64,000 bases of DNA from Eledone cirrhosa (taxonomy: Eukaryota), in NCBI GenBank assembly GCA_964016885.1, contig OZ024741.1, positions 142,848,001 to 142,912,000 on the forward strand, given 5' to 3'. The notes under the pieces were generated by a model. It was not told where the DNA came from. It did no database searches and worked only from the letters and a program-made list of their open reading frames with translations. This document shows positions 28,312-40,981 of this stretch, one piece after another. The first letter of the stretch is position 1; every line of letters starts with the position of its first letter. The position numbers and the translations under genes are program-made.

Positions 28312-29889
28312 CCCCTTTTCCATATAAAACGTGAAACTAATAAGACTTTTTGTATCTCTCTTTTTTCGTTTCCTTGAACTATATATATATAGTTTCGTTG
28401 ACAATTATACTAATGTGCACAGACACACAGATATATTGTCCTTGGTATGACAGTGTGGTTTTGGCTCAAAGTAGGATAACTAGTATACTACAGAGCCGTT
28501 ATAAGTTTAGGAATAACCAAAGAGTGCTTAGAAATACATTGTTTTATTTGCTAACAGTGTTTCATCCATACCCTAGGGCAGGAATCATCGGAGCCTATAA
28601 ACAAAAGTGTATTAAAGGTTGCAGGCTCCAACGAGCCTAATCACCAGAACAAGGAAGAAGGACAAGTAGGGGGGCACACAATACATGATATATATAATGT
28701 CATAAAAAATTACATCATAAAAAATTACATCAAAAGTTTATCATATAAATGGTGCAATAGATCTTAAGGAGGTTGAGAGAGGAGCGCAAGAAATGAATGA
28801 GGGTGTTACTCAGTATGATCAAAAAACAAACCAAGCATAGATACATCAATTCACAAGCAGTGCAAGTACATGATTTACAGGCAGAGTATGAAAGCTTGTA
28901 AGCAGGAGTCAGTAAACATAAAAGTTGGTTAGCTGTGGTGCAGCTTTACAGGCAGGATTGTTTATAGGAAAGATGGTGCACTCCAGTGGTATCGCCTTGT
29001 AACAGGTTGATTTCTCCATGTCCGGCCACCACCCTCTATCCATTGGTTCCAGTTCCAAGTATTAGGCGACATAACACTAGGTTTCCAAATACACGCATAG
29101 AGGATCTCTCCACAGAGGCAGTCTGCAACAAACACCTTAAATCCAAAACAGAATACAATGAAGTGAGGTAAAGCAGTGTTCTGGTGACTAGGCTATATAT
29201 ATATATATAGTGAAAAAATAAAAAAGTTAGGGGTTTCTTTACAAATTACGTGTTATAGGGGAAAAGGGTTTGGAGAATGTAATGACTGACCTTTTGGTTA
29301 TTTAGAAGATTTCTGTATTAATGTGCCAAGTAATTTGATGATTATTTGTATATTTTTTGTTTACTTTTACCGGTTTAAGCTGTGTTTACAGCCTTTTCAA
29401 AAAGATTTTCGTTAGTCTTTCGAAAAATGTTTTTTGTTTACGTTTATCTCATGTGGTTGGTCACTGTGTTCCTGTTGAACCCAATGGGTGCAGCTGGTTT
29501 TATCTTTGTCGCTTATATCGAGGAGAATGCGGTTCATTACAAGGGACGTAATTCAGACTTATTTTTAAATGTGTAAAAAATTGAGTTTCAGTTGGAATTT
29601 ACTTATAAAAATTCTTTCCTCATTAATACGTGTGTCTCTGTGTATGTGGTTACATTACAAGATTGACCAAACTGTTTGTTGCAAAGTCGAAATCAGACTA
29701 TCTGTCGCAGAATCTAAAATCGGACTATCTCTGGTGGTCAAAATCTCTTGTATATATAAGATATAGATTGCTCGGAAACATTAAACAGATGGCGTGTTCA
29801 ACTGTCCTCTCTTCGGCTCTTCGGACATTCAAACACTGTGAGCCAGCTATAAGATAATGTTATCTAGGTTTTGGGCTCTAAGGTCATAA

Positions 29890-29961
<72 letters not shown>

Positions 29962-30349
29962 CTGAAACGAAATCATCGGATAGGACCGAAAAATCTTCGA
30001 TCGTTTTCCCTACTCCATCTGCTGACGACAGTCCATATAGAGCTAGCGTTCACAGAAAATTAGGTAAAGCTATTACGTATTACGTAATTCGGCTAAGAGT
30101 AGCTTCATCAGCGACGAAAATTAGCCTCTTCTGAACAGGTTAGTGCTTGACTACTGTCTTGGTTTGAGATTGCATTACAGTAGTAATCTCCACTCTCAGT
30201 GTCGTGTGACAGTGATGTAGAGGTAAGCAGGCACGTACTATTTCAAAGACCACACTGGTATATTTTTTCAAAATGAACAAAGAAAAAATGAGCTAAGAAG
30301 CACTCGACCAGTGATAATAATAATACTGAAACGAAGTAATCGGATTTAC

Positions 30350-31013
30350 AAGTTTTTTCCGGGTCATAATTGAAGATGCATGACTCATCACCGGTGATGA
30401 CTCTCTCCAGCATGTTTGGTTCGGTTTCAAGACGCTCCTTCTGGTCATCATTCAACAGTTTTGGCACCATCATCGCGCAGATCTTCTGCATGCCCAAATA
30501 TTCAGTGATAATCTTCTAAACGTTTCCACGGTTCATGCCTAGCTCACTTGCGATCAGTCGAACAATCAACCGACGATCGCCACGCACCACCTATCTCACG
30601 TGTTCAATGTTGGCTTCAGTCCTGCTTTTGAAGGCCTTTCGCACCTGGGGTCATCTTCTTCGTATTTGCGTCCCTCTTTGAACATTTTATGCCACTCGAA
30701 AAACCCACGAGCGGGACATCGTCTCATCTTTGTGCACTTGCTGCAGTATTCCGAGTGCTTCTGACGGAGTTTTCCCCAGCCGGACCAGAAACTTCAAGTT
30801 GGTTCGTTGCTCTGTGACCATCGCTCGACGGCCTAAAATAGAGGAGCTGTCAACAAAAACACGCGAGAAAACATACAATGGCTGCAGAGAGCTGTGATCG
30901 CAGTTATATACTCCCCGGATATTACGTTACACGATGACGCAACCCGCTAATCCCTACCCCACTCATAGCTCATACAGCACACTAAGTCCTGTTATTTTTC
31001 TGACACACCTCGT
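30350..31013 (-). mobile_element. mariner (Tc1/mariner) relic: 5' TIR, HTH, first catalytic Asp
   Basis: EQRTNLKFLVRLGKTPSE, VPKLL, VITGDES..F.YDPE; terminus CGAGGTGTGTCAGAAAAATAA at ~30985-31012. Confidence 0.85.
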
Positions 31014-31125
31014 GGCTGAATGGTTAGAGAATTGAATTCGCAATCGTGAGATTGTGAGTTCGATTCCTGGACCAGGCGATGCGTTATGTCCTTGGATAAG
31101 ACACTTTATTTCACGTTGCTCTTTC
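31012..31125 (+). mobile_element. tRNA-derived SINE head
   Basis: A box TGGCTGAATGG, B box GAGTTCGATTCC, then GTCCTTGG..AAGACACTT. Confidence 0.65.
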
Positions 31126-31294
31126 TACCTGGAGTTGCGACCGATAGATAGTATGAGAAATTGGAAAGACCAATGGAAACATTGTTTCCTTGGTCCGATT
31201 TGACGAAAGTCGATCGACTGTCGATATATATATATATTTAACGAAGGGCATTTTAGTAGTTAGTTGTTAGATGGATTAACATGGTTGTTAGACG

Positions 31295-31442
31295 TAATAA
31301 CAAGAATGGCCGATTTACTTTATATATAAAGGTTTACTTCACTTCAATCAAAAAGAACAATAAACATATTACCACGAGTTGCGAAGGTTGACAATGTTAT
31401 TTTTGTTGTTGGTTCATGAGCCTGGTGTAGTCTGAAACCATA

Positions 31443-31505
<63 letters not shown>

Positions 31506-33390
31506 ATGGTCTGTAGTTGACTGTATGCCACTGTGGCCTGTAGATAGCGGTGATCTTTACATAGCTTTTTGCTAGCGTAATGCTCCGATCTCTCTCTGTA
31601 AACCCGGGGAAAATAAAGCTTTATATACCTGTCGCTTTCTGTCTCCCACCTGTTCACACCAAAAGGGTGGTAACCTAGAGTTTGACCTTTAGGTGTCACC
31701 CAAGGTTCAAAGCGTGGACAGATTTCGCTACATTAGTTCCCTACCCAGATCGATGCAGGAGCAGCGATCGATTATAAAAGGGGTAGCGAAATCTGATTCC
31801 AGAAGCGTGTCCCAAAACACACAAAATGTGGGTACTGCGCCCGTATTTCGAGTGCAGAGAAATTTGGAGAGAGAAAAAAAAAATTGTATTACTGTGTATG
31901 CATGTGTGTGTGTGTGTAACATTTAGAAGAAACTGTAAATATACAAAGTTGTGATCATGTATTTCGAACTGTTGTGTATGGATGGCTGAACGTTGGGGTT
32001 ACGGTATCGGATTACGATATGATAACACAGATGACTATTTCTCTCGATGTATCATCATACGTAAGATTCTCTTCCAGTGAGTCGAGGTTTACGCTATGAC
32101 ATGAGTGTGTGCAATTTTGAGTTGCGTGCCTGAGTGAGTCCAGGCGTGTAGTACCCGTGGGTTGTTTATCATGTGTTTAATAGCTGTTGCCGAACCTCGA
32201 CCCGTTGAATATCGATGTATTATCATACGTAAGATGCTTTTCCAGTGAGTCGAGGTTTATGCTATGACACGAGTGTGTGCAATTTTGAGTTGCGTGCCTG
32301 AGTGAGTCCAGGCTAGTAGTACCCGTGGGTTGATTCTCATGTGTTTAATAGCTGTTGCCGAACCTCGACCAGTTGAAAAGTGATCTTGCAGAGACCCAAC
32401 TGAATCCAGAATATACCATAGACAAAAATATGTTGGTGTGTGACAAAGAAAATGATGTGTGTTTGATGCAAAACGTCTATGTTCATACAGGCATATAATA
32501 CAGTAAAAAAAAAATAACAATGAACGTTCATATATAACCTGTAGAAAAAAAAAAAAAAATTATATAATTGTTCTTTACAAAAAGTTCAGTTTTATCTTCT
32601 TTATGTGATCGTTTTCTTGCTAGGAAGCTAGTAGTATTGTCTGTTGTTGTTGGAGATTACGAAGCACGTGATGAAATGTTTGGTAATGAATCGAAACATC
32701 AAAGCGAAGTTACTGTAAATATTCCGTAGAATGGAAGTTTGTGGTGAATAATTTGAAATGAAGTTTTATCATATCGTACCATATAGATGAGAAGCTTGGT
32801 AATTATATATTGCTGAGAAAGATGATGTTGAGAAAGTAATTGATGTAGGCCATGTTGAAAAAAAGTTTGCGTGTTGTTTCCTTTTTTTTTTTTAAATACC
32901 ATTTCATTTTTTTTTTTTTTTATCACGTCGGGTTCACCAATTTAACGAAGGTTTTAGTAGTTGTTATTAGATTAAATAACAAGAATGACCGATTTACTTT
33001 ATATATAAAAGTTTACTTCACTTCAATCAAAAAGAACAATAAACAAATTACCATGAGTTGCGAAGGTTGACAATGTTATTTTTGTTGTTGGTTCATGAGC
33101 CTGGTGTAGTCTGAAACCAGAGTGAGAGAGAGAGTAATGGTCTGTAGTTGACTGTAGACCACTGTGGCCTGTAGATAGCGGTGATCTTTACATAGCTTGT
33201 TGCTAGCGTAATGCTCCGATCTCTCTGTGTAAATCCGGGGAATATACAAGCTTTATATACCTGTCGCTTTCTGTCTCCCACCTCGAGGGGATAGCCCACG
33301 CATGAACCTGTTCACACCAAAAGGGTGGTGACCTAGAGTTTGACCTTTAGGTGTCACCCAAGGTTCAAGGCGTGGACAGATTTCGCTACA
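31295..33390. repeat. dispersed direct repeat ~420 bp (31295-31732 vs 32975-33390)
   Basis: collinear; (GA)n long in copy 1 and short in copy 2. Confidence 0.9.
32044..32377. repeat. 168-bp tandem duplication
   Basis: TCGATGTATCATCATACG.. at 32044 and 32212. Confidence 0.9.
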
Positions 33391-33402
33391 CACACACATA
33401 TA

Positions 33403-33859
33403 TAGGCATACGTCAAAACGGCCGGTCTCAAAAGTGAAACTAAATTTTGACAGTTACGTACACGTTATAAGAGTTATTTAAATTTATATATATAAAATAA
33501 AGGAGCAAATAAGAGCATGATATGAAGTCAGTCATGTGTGTGTGTATATATATGTGTGTGTGTGTGTGTGTAAACGAATGTAAAAGTACACACACATATA
33601 CACTTATATATGCACACATACACACTATAATATATACACGTGTGTGTGTATATATGTGTGTGTGTGTAAAATTCTAGGAAACCTTATCTATGCCCTACAT
33701 ATATTCTTTTACATTCGTTTACACACACACACACACATGACTGACTTCATATCATGCTCTTATTTGCTCCTTTATTTTATATATATAAATTTAAATAACT
33801 CTTATAACGTGTACGTAATTAGTTTCACTTTTGAGGCCGGCCGTTTTGACGTATGCCTA
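33403..33859. mobile_element. foldback/MITE with ~180-bp inverted arms
   Basis: TAGGCATACGTCAAAACGGCCGG ... CCGGCCGTTTTGACGTATGCCTA, in TA context. Confidence 0.85.
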
Positions 33860-33877
33860 TTATATATATATATATAT

Positions 33878-34059
33878 AACAAAGAGGGTGTGGTAGGATA
33901 CCAGTTGGACCATAACGCAACAGAGTACTCGATACTTGGGGTAGTAGAGTGGGTAATATGAAAAGATTCAGAACCCCGACGGCTGAGCTCCGGCCGTTTC
34001 GACAGCTAGATCCGAAACGGCTGGAGCTCAGCCGCCAGGGTCCGCCCTGAATCTTTTCA

Positions 34060-34064
<5 letters not shown>
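33878..34064. repeat. short element ending in a ~105-bp imperfect hairpin, in (TA)n
   Basis: related to 38959-39078 in opposite orientation. Confidence 0.75.
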
Positions 34065-34098
<34 letters not shown>

Positions 34099-34589
34099 TG
34101 TGTGTGTGATTCAGTGAATTACTAGTGGTGGTACCAACATGAACACTCGATGCACAAGCAGGTTGTAAATAATAAAGAAAAGTTTCGTTTACATGTATTT
34201 ATGTATTTATTGTGTATCAACCTTTTACGCACGCTTCACAGATGGTTGTCACAAGGCCACCCATGGAAGCTGTGTGTGCATGACACGAATTATTTATTGG
34301 TGTAGAATTCTATTAACCTACTTAATTTCTCTCTAAAATCGAATCTGGTGAGTAGAGGCAGAAATGTTATTATAGTTGCTATAAATATCGATTGCAATAG
34401 AGTTAGAAGAGTTTATATGTAAAAGGAGGTCAAAATAAGCTCCCATTAGCGCATGTAGCTATTTTCATAGCACAGAAAAAACAAAAGCCCCAATAAAATC
34501 TTACTCGGTGTGGCATATGGAATTTCATCAGAAGCAAGTAAATAAATGATTGACAGGTTTAAGAGAAAGTTAGGCTTAGCATTAGGGTT

Positions 34590-34830
34590 ATTTGAAATAG
34601 CTGGGATGCATTGTGATCTGAAGTCGGATTCCTGCTTAACCCCAAAGTCCTCATATGACTTAAGTTTGGACGCCTTTACTGTCTCTGCTACAACTTTTTG
34701 CGCCTGCCTGTACCGCATGTGCAAGAAGTTGGACTTATTTCCAAGCTAAGCTTTGTAAGCTTCCTTCTTTGCGCGAGTGGCAGCTTTGACCACTAGATTT
34801 AAACAAATGATCCTTCTACCACCCGGCGCC
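34590..34830 (-). mobile_element. LINE (RTE-like) ORF fragment
   Basis: AKKEAYKA..RYRQAQK..V...K...YEDFG-type linker. Confidence 0.45.
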
Positions 34831-35133
34831 AAACAATGCCATGGAAGAGAGTAAATCTAAAAATATTTTAATAATTTATTTCTAGAATATAATTACATAA
34901 ATGATCCGCATATATGTACAAACATGATTATTCATGTATAACTTCATAGAAATGACTATTTACATCTAGGTCTTTGTGATAGAAAAGGGAATTTCTTAAC
35001 GTATGACTAAAATAGAAAATGAATTGTATGTACTTGTTTGTGCGTGCGCGCGCATGTGAGCAAATTATAAAGTGTTACTGATGGAAATATATATGAACAT
35101 ACAAACAAATATGGCTTATTATTACGGTTAGTG

Positions 35134-35325
35134 GAGGGCGGTCAATTGGCAGTATTGGTAGAGAGTCGGACATGCTTTCCAACATAGTTACGTCCCTTTA
35201 CGGTCTGAGTTCAAATCCCGCCGAGGTTAACTTTGCCTTTCATCCTTACGGGGTCGATAAAATAAAGTACCAGTAATATCACTGGGTAATTGCTGGCCTT
35301 GTGTCAAAAGTAGAAACAATTATTA
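35134..35325 (+). mobile_element. SINE family A
   Basis: homologous to 48740-48925. Confidence 0.8.
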
Positions 35326-35863
35326 CGGTTGGTGCTTGTTTATTGTTATTAACAAAGTTACTTCCCCTGAAATAATTTATAAACGCCATATTCAAATCTG
35401 ATAAGAATAGACACTCCGTCGTTTTTAAAGTTGATCTCCCAAAAGATATTCTTACCATATTAACCATGCAATTGAGTTTGCACAGGCTATCGTTTTGATA
35501 TTCAGAAGAAAATGCAACAAATTATTTTAATGTTTTTTTTTTTTGCTAATTGAGTATTTAATCTGTAATCAGATCCTTATGCTGTGAATTCTTTGGTTGA
35601 CACTTTGGTATTATAGTGTGCAGTCTACGATCAGGTAACAAAACCAATTTAAATAAAATAACGAATTTAAATGGTTAGACTATTTTTCACAGTAGTACAA
35701 ATCATTTAATTTCCACGGAATCCTTTCAAAATTCACTTAAAACTTTACAAACTACGTTTCAAGAAAGACAACTCACAACAGTATTCTTTTTCAGTTAATT
35801 CCCTTACAACTGTGCTAATAAAGGCTTTATTTTATATGGGATTTAGTTGAGACTTAATCGGAG

Positions 35864-38368
35864 TAGTGTTGCCACTTTAGTATTTTTAATGTTAGACCTA
35901 GCATTTTTTTCTCAGCGATCAGCAGGAAAATTTTGAATCTAGCATTTAGCAGAGAAAATATAACTTTGCAAAATTTATTTAGCATTCTTTTAGCATGTTT
36001 CTCTGATCATGGTGTTTCCACAATAGTTACTCTATTTTTTCTCATTTTTTTCTGTTCTACTTTATTTTTCTATTTCTCTTTTTTCTTTTTTTTTTTAAAG
36101 TATTTTAGTCGAATTTAATTTTTTTTTTCTTTCAGTTCAATGATACGCCAAATAAAAGGTTATCAAGTATTTCATTGTTACCCTTTCAGGCTTGGACGGG
36201 TGAGGAGAGGTGGGAGATACCATGTCAGCACCTGAGCTTCCCACCTAAAGTCTAATGTCTTTCTCAAGCCCAAAGGCTCATCAGGCTGGTACCTATCCCG
36301 GTTTTCATGGTATTAAGCAACTGAGAGTACAAGACTCCCTCCTGGGCAAGACGCCAGTCCATTGCTGGGTTAAAGCCCCAGCTACTGCTGGTACTCATTT
36401 TCAGTTGACTATACTGTAGTTTCAGCAATAGATGTGAAATGAAAGATTGAAAACAAAATTTGATGTTCCCAGGTTTATTGGAATACAGTCTTAGGATTTC
36501 TGCAGATTTTCATCCTCCATTTATAAGTTGACAACCCTGCATCCTAAATCAATATTCTTAACCTCAAGATTTGTTAGCAGCAAATGGATGGATGATTTGT
36601 TAGTAGCAAACAGATAAGTTGTGTTTTCAATTTTTTTTATTTTTTATTAATCATTCAATTTATTTTTTTGCTTCCCTCTATATTACAATGAGCAAAAAAT
36701 AGAAAGCTGTAACAACAAAAATTCCAAAAGGAATGGCTTACGTTGCTAGCATTTACTAAAGCACATTGCAAATATTGTAGATGAGATATTTTGGCAAAAT
36801 ATTCTCTTTTAGTAAGCCACTGTGAAACTAAGTAACATAAGACATTGATTCCACAGCAAATTATTTCTCTTACCAATTTTATTAACACCAAAGATGATAA
36901 GACATCTATGCTTGAAGCAAATTTAACAATGTTTATTTGTTACCATTCATCATTTAATATCTGTGATCACTTAGTAGACTCGTGTAAGAATTGTGTCAGA
37001 TAGGGATATTATATCCAAAGTGAAGTTGCATTGTACAAAATGTGCAAAAATTGAAAGAAATGTTCTAACTCCATATTTTGATGAAGATTAGATTTCTAAT
37101 ATAGGAGATAGAAAATTTAGCTTGTTATTAGATGAATCTAATGACAGTTCTATGAATAAATTGTTAGGAATTGTTATATATTACAGTGAAAATCACAAAA
37201 AAAGTTGTTCATACATATCCAGTATAGTAACTTTACAAACATGTGATGCAGATGACATTGTAGATGCCTTAAAAAATGAATTAGTGAAAAAGAAATTAGA
37301 TATTAAAAAAATCTGTTGGCTATAGGAAGAGGCAAGTGTAATGATAGGAGTCAAGAATGGTGTTTTTCAGAAATTAAAAGAGGTAGTTCCATCATTACTT
37401 CTATTTAGATGTGTATGTCATTCTTTATAGTTGGCAGTATCCTACACTTGTCCTGAATGCCTGCCCAGAAACTTCGAATTTTTAGTATCTGAAACCTATA
37501 AATGGTTCTCTCACTCTTCAACTAGACAAAGAACCTACAAGCAGCTTTCTTGTGAAAGTAGGTGGCTGTCAATTGAACAAACTGAAGTAAAATTTTAAGT
37601 TAATAGTTTGAATTACAAACTTATTTCCAAACTATAAATACAAAATAAAAGTGCTTTACAGCTCAAATGCTACACAAAATGTTTTGTGATTCTAGGAATG
37701 AACTTTCCTTTTATTTTTGCATCCAATTCTAAAACATTCAGGAAGTGAATAAGCTGTTTGAATCAAACACTGTTGACAAAACAAAATTACTTGAAGATAT
37801 TTCAAATTTGATCAAATCTATTGCTAATATGATAGTATTGCCAACAAGTAGAATGGATCCTCTTGCTTATATTAAAGAATTTCTTTATCCTAAATCAAAT
37901 TTAGGCTACAAGTTCAATACTGAGGAATTCTGATTAAAAGTTATGGATTAAAAAGATGCCATTGGAAGAAATCCCTTTAGAGTTGTTGCAGAATTTGCCA
38001 AAGTATGAGTAGAATTAAATGAAAAACAAAATGCAGTTTCCTATGCAAGGGTTGATATTTTCTGTAAAATATGGCTTAAAAAGATATGGCAAATTCAAAA
38101 AATGTTGACATTCTAAAACCTATATTCAACAAGATTGGGACCTTGGATGTATACAAATGTCAAGACCTAGAGACTGCAGCTGAAAGTAAACAAATTAGGG
38201 AAATTGAAGAAATTATTTCTCAATGTTGAATGTAATTAAGGAATGTAAATAAAAAATCAAGTTTTTAATATAATTTGATTTTAGCATTCTTTTTTCTTAT
38301 ATAGCATATTTTAGCATTTTTTCTTATGAAATTTAGCCTAAAATTGTGATTTTATGTTGGCAACACTA
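35864..38368 (+). mobile_element. hAT DNA transposon relic with TIRs and decayed transposase
   Basis: TIRs TAGTGTTGCCA / TGGCAACACTA; flanks AATCGGAG vs CATCAGAG (6/8, eroded 8-bp TSD); LLDES.D, CVCHSL, RWLS motifs; subterminal TTTAGCA repeats; nested SINE-like insert ~36185-36420. Confidence 0.82.
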
Positions 38369-38395
38369 CATCAGAGCTACTGACAACTTAGACGG

Positions 38396-38442
<47 letters not shown>

Positions 38443-38444
<2 letters not shown>

Positions 38445-38899
38445 TCATCATCGTTTAACGTCCATCTTCCACGCCAGCATGGTTAGACGGTTTTGTTCCA
38501 TTTGATGTGGGAATGGTCGGGAGACCATGTCTCGCTCGCACAGAAGCGTCTCTGGCAGGTTCTTTTTACAGCTGGATGCCCTTCCTAATACCAACCACAT
38601 TTACAGTGTGGACTGGGAGCCTTTTTACCGTGTCTCCTACACGGCCACCTTACAGTGTAGACTGTTGTGTCATCAACACAGTGGACGGAACAGGAGAGGG
38701 AGGGCGGGGTAGGGTGTGGTGGTGGGGTGTACTGACTGTAGGTTTGTATGAAATGGTAGTCGGGTCTTCTGTACAACTGCATGGCATCAAGGTCTCGATC
38801 TAGTGTCATTGTCTTAGGGAGGTGTAGGTGGGCAAGGTGAGTTTTTATCACCTTGTCACAGGTTTTTCTTGGTCTGCTGACTCCGCAGATTCCATAACT

Positions 38900-38905
<6 letters not shown>
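38443..38905 (-). mobile_element. SINE/RTE-type 3' fragments with (GAT)n tail
   Basis: CATCATCATCGTTTAACGTCC..CATGG..ACGG and GCTGGATGCCCTTCC motifs recurring at 50683, 57520 and 60800. Confidence 0.55.
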
Positions 38906-38938
<33 letters not shown>

Positions 38939-38958
38939 CTTATATATATATATATATA

Positions 38959-39074
38959 TAGGAACGAGTAGGACCCCGACGGCTGAGCTCAGCCGTCGGG
39001 GTCCTACTCGTTCCTATTACCCACTCTACTACCCTAAGTATTGAGTACTTTGGTTCCTTACCACATTTCCTTCG

Positions 39075-39078
<4 letters not shown>
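38959..39078. repeat. perfect 58-bp palindrome plus head shared with the 33878 element
   Basis: TAGGAACGAGTAGGACCCCGACGGCTGAG|CTCAGCCGTCGGGGTCCTACTCGTTCCTA. Confidence 0.9.
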
Positions 39079-39117
<39 letters not shown>

Positions 39118-39247
39118 CAAAGTGTTATTTAATTTGTTGGTTATTCAACAAATTTATTTAAACAGTTTTGAAGCACTCTACAGATTTCTTCTGGAGTATA
39201 ATATCAATAATATTAATAAATGGAAACTATCTATATAAAACCATATT

Positions 39248-39309
39248 TATTTTATTATATATATTTCAAGGGTACCAAAATTTTTGGTATGCACTCTTCA
39301 GATAAAATA
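39248..39309 (-). ncRNA. minimal type I hammerhead ribozyme motif
   Basis: TATTTTAT-CTGAAGA-[gtgcaTACCAAAA a TTTTGGTAccctt]-GAAA-TATATA-TA-ATAAAATA; base of stem II is imperfect. Confidence 0.55.
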
Positions 39310-40020
39310 CAAAAGTAGTTTTATAGATAGTGACATATCCAAAAACAAGAACTTATTGTTTTAAGTTCTGTTTGAATAGTGAAAGAAATTCAAATCTTAG
39401 GATGAATATGTTAATGAATATAATAAAATAAAATAAAATATACTTACAACCCTAATTCTTCATAAAATATACTTATAAATTAAAACTCACTACTAGAATA
39501 GACCCAATAATTAGTAGTATCTCTCATTTTTTAAAAATTGATATTCTACCACTTCAACACATTTATAATTCTCATATTATATTATAAATACTACCAAAAT
39601 ATATAATTATTTAATTAAATATAATTATTTCACCCTCTTTACGCCATCACTAATACAATCCATACAATTATATATTAATAATAATAGTCTATTTCTAACT
39701 ATAATATACTTTTTTCTTATATTCTTTCCTTAAATTTTCTTACACCCTAATATTAATATTAAACTCTCCCTCTTCTTCCCTTAAAAAATAATCCTAATAA
39801 TTATTTAAATTTACCTAGCGTCTAAATATAACGATCTTTTTCAACTTTACGTTATCCTCATTAACATATTCATCCTAAGATTTGAATTTCTTTCACTATT
39901 CAAACAGAACTTAAAATGATAAGTTCTTGTTTTGGGATATGTCACTATCTATAAAACAACTTTTATATTTTATCTGATGAATGCGAACCAAAAATTTTGG
40001 AACCCTTAAAATATATATAA

Positions 40021-40193
40021 TTGTTTCTACTTTAGGCACAAGGCCAGCAATTACCCAGTACATTACTGGTACTTTATTTTATCGACCCCATAAGGATGAA
40101 AGGCAAAGTTAACCTCGGCGGGATTTGAACTCAGTTCGTAAAGGGACTTAACTGTGCTGCAAAGCATGGCGTCTGACCCTCTACCGATACTGC
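40021..40193 (-). mobile_element. SINE family A inserted in the foldback arm
   Basis: family sequence, ATAAT duplicated at both junctions. Confidence 0.85.
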
Positions 40194-40245
40194 ATAATAA
40201 AATAAATATGGTTTTATAAAGATAGTTTCCATTTATTAATATTAT

Positions 40246-40285
<40 letters not shown>

Positions 40286-40981
40286 TCAGCTCTCAGTGAG
40301 GAGATTTATATAGTCTGGACTCTTCTCATCCCCATTGCTGGGGGTCAGGGACCATGCAAAATTGCACCAATGCACATTTATATGATGCTGTATATCCATG
40401 ATTCTCAATGGGGAAAAATATGACGTCAGTAGGTTCTAGATGCTTGTCTGACCAGTGCAGATTTATACCTGCCCACATTCTTATTCTATTTTCAACAGAC
40501 ATCTGCTTACATCAACAGTGAAGTTCAAATTAAACAACAGCCACATCCATTTAACCAGTCTGGCAAGGCAATGTAAATGTCATGAGCTGTGTCTTGTTGT
40601 TTCTGACTAATTAATTTATTTAAACTCACACCTATTTTAGTTTTCATCTCTGATTCCATCAACCAACTGGTGGGTGTCCTGAAATCACTTGTAATACAAA
40701 TAAATCTATATATATATGTGATGTAGCAGGTTACCTAATTCTGTCAAAAAGACCCACTACCCCCTATCTAACCATAGAGCAATGTCAACTGGGAGCTGAG
40801 TGGGTAGTTTGTCTTATGTACTGTATATAGCTGGTTTATTTGCTATAGGATTATACTGAGATTCATCTAAATAACAGGAATTACTTGTTTCCTATATATC
40901 TCTAACCTTTCAGTGACAATATTTACCGCTTCTCAGGAGGAAGCCAAGTCTCAGATATATCATTATCATTGCTTTAACTAA

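Larger units (their letters stand above)
39199..40251. mobile_element. inverted-repeat element with ~220-bp hammerhead-bearing arms (Penelope pLTR-like)
   Basis: 39199-39417 is the reverse complement of 39858-40021 plus 40194-40251; right arm split by a SINE. Confidence 0.75.

Noticed and set aside
30070-30116. Hammerhead-like CTGATGA-AGCTA..TAGCC-GAAT on the minus strand
   Set aside because: GAAA broken, stem II closing mismatch, no stem I
31012-31085. tRNA gene
   Set aside because: A/B boxes present but no convincing cloverleaf, and it continues into a SINE body
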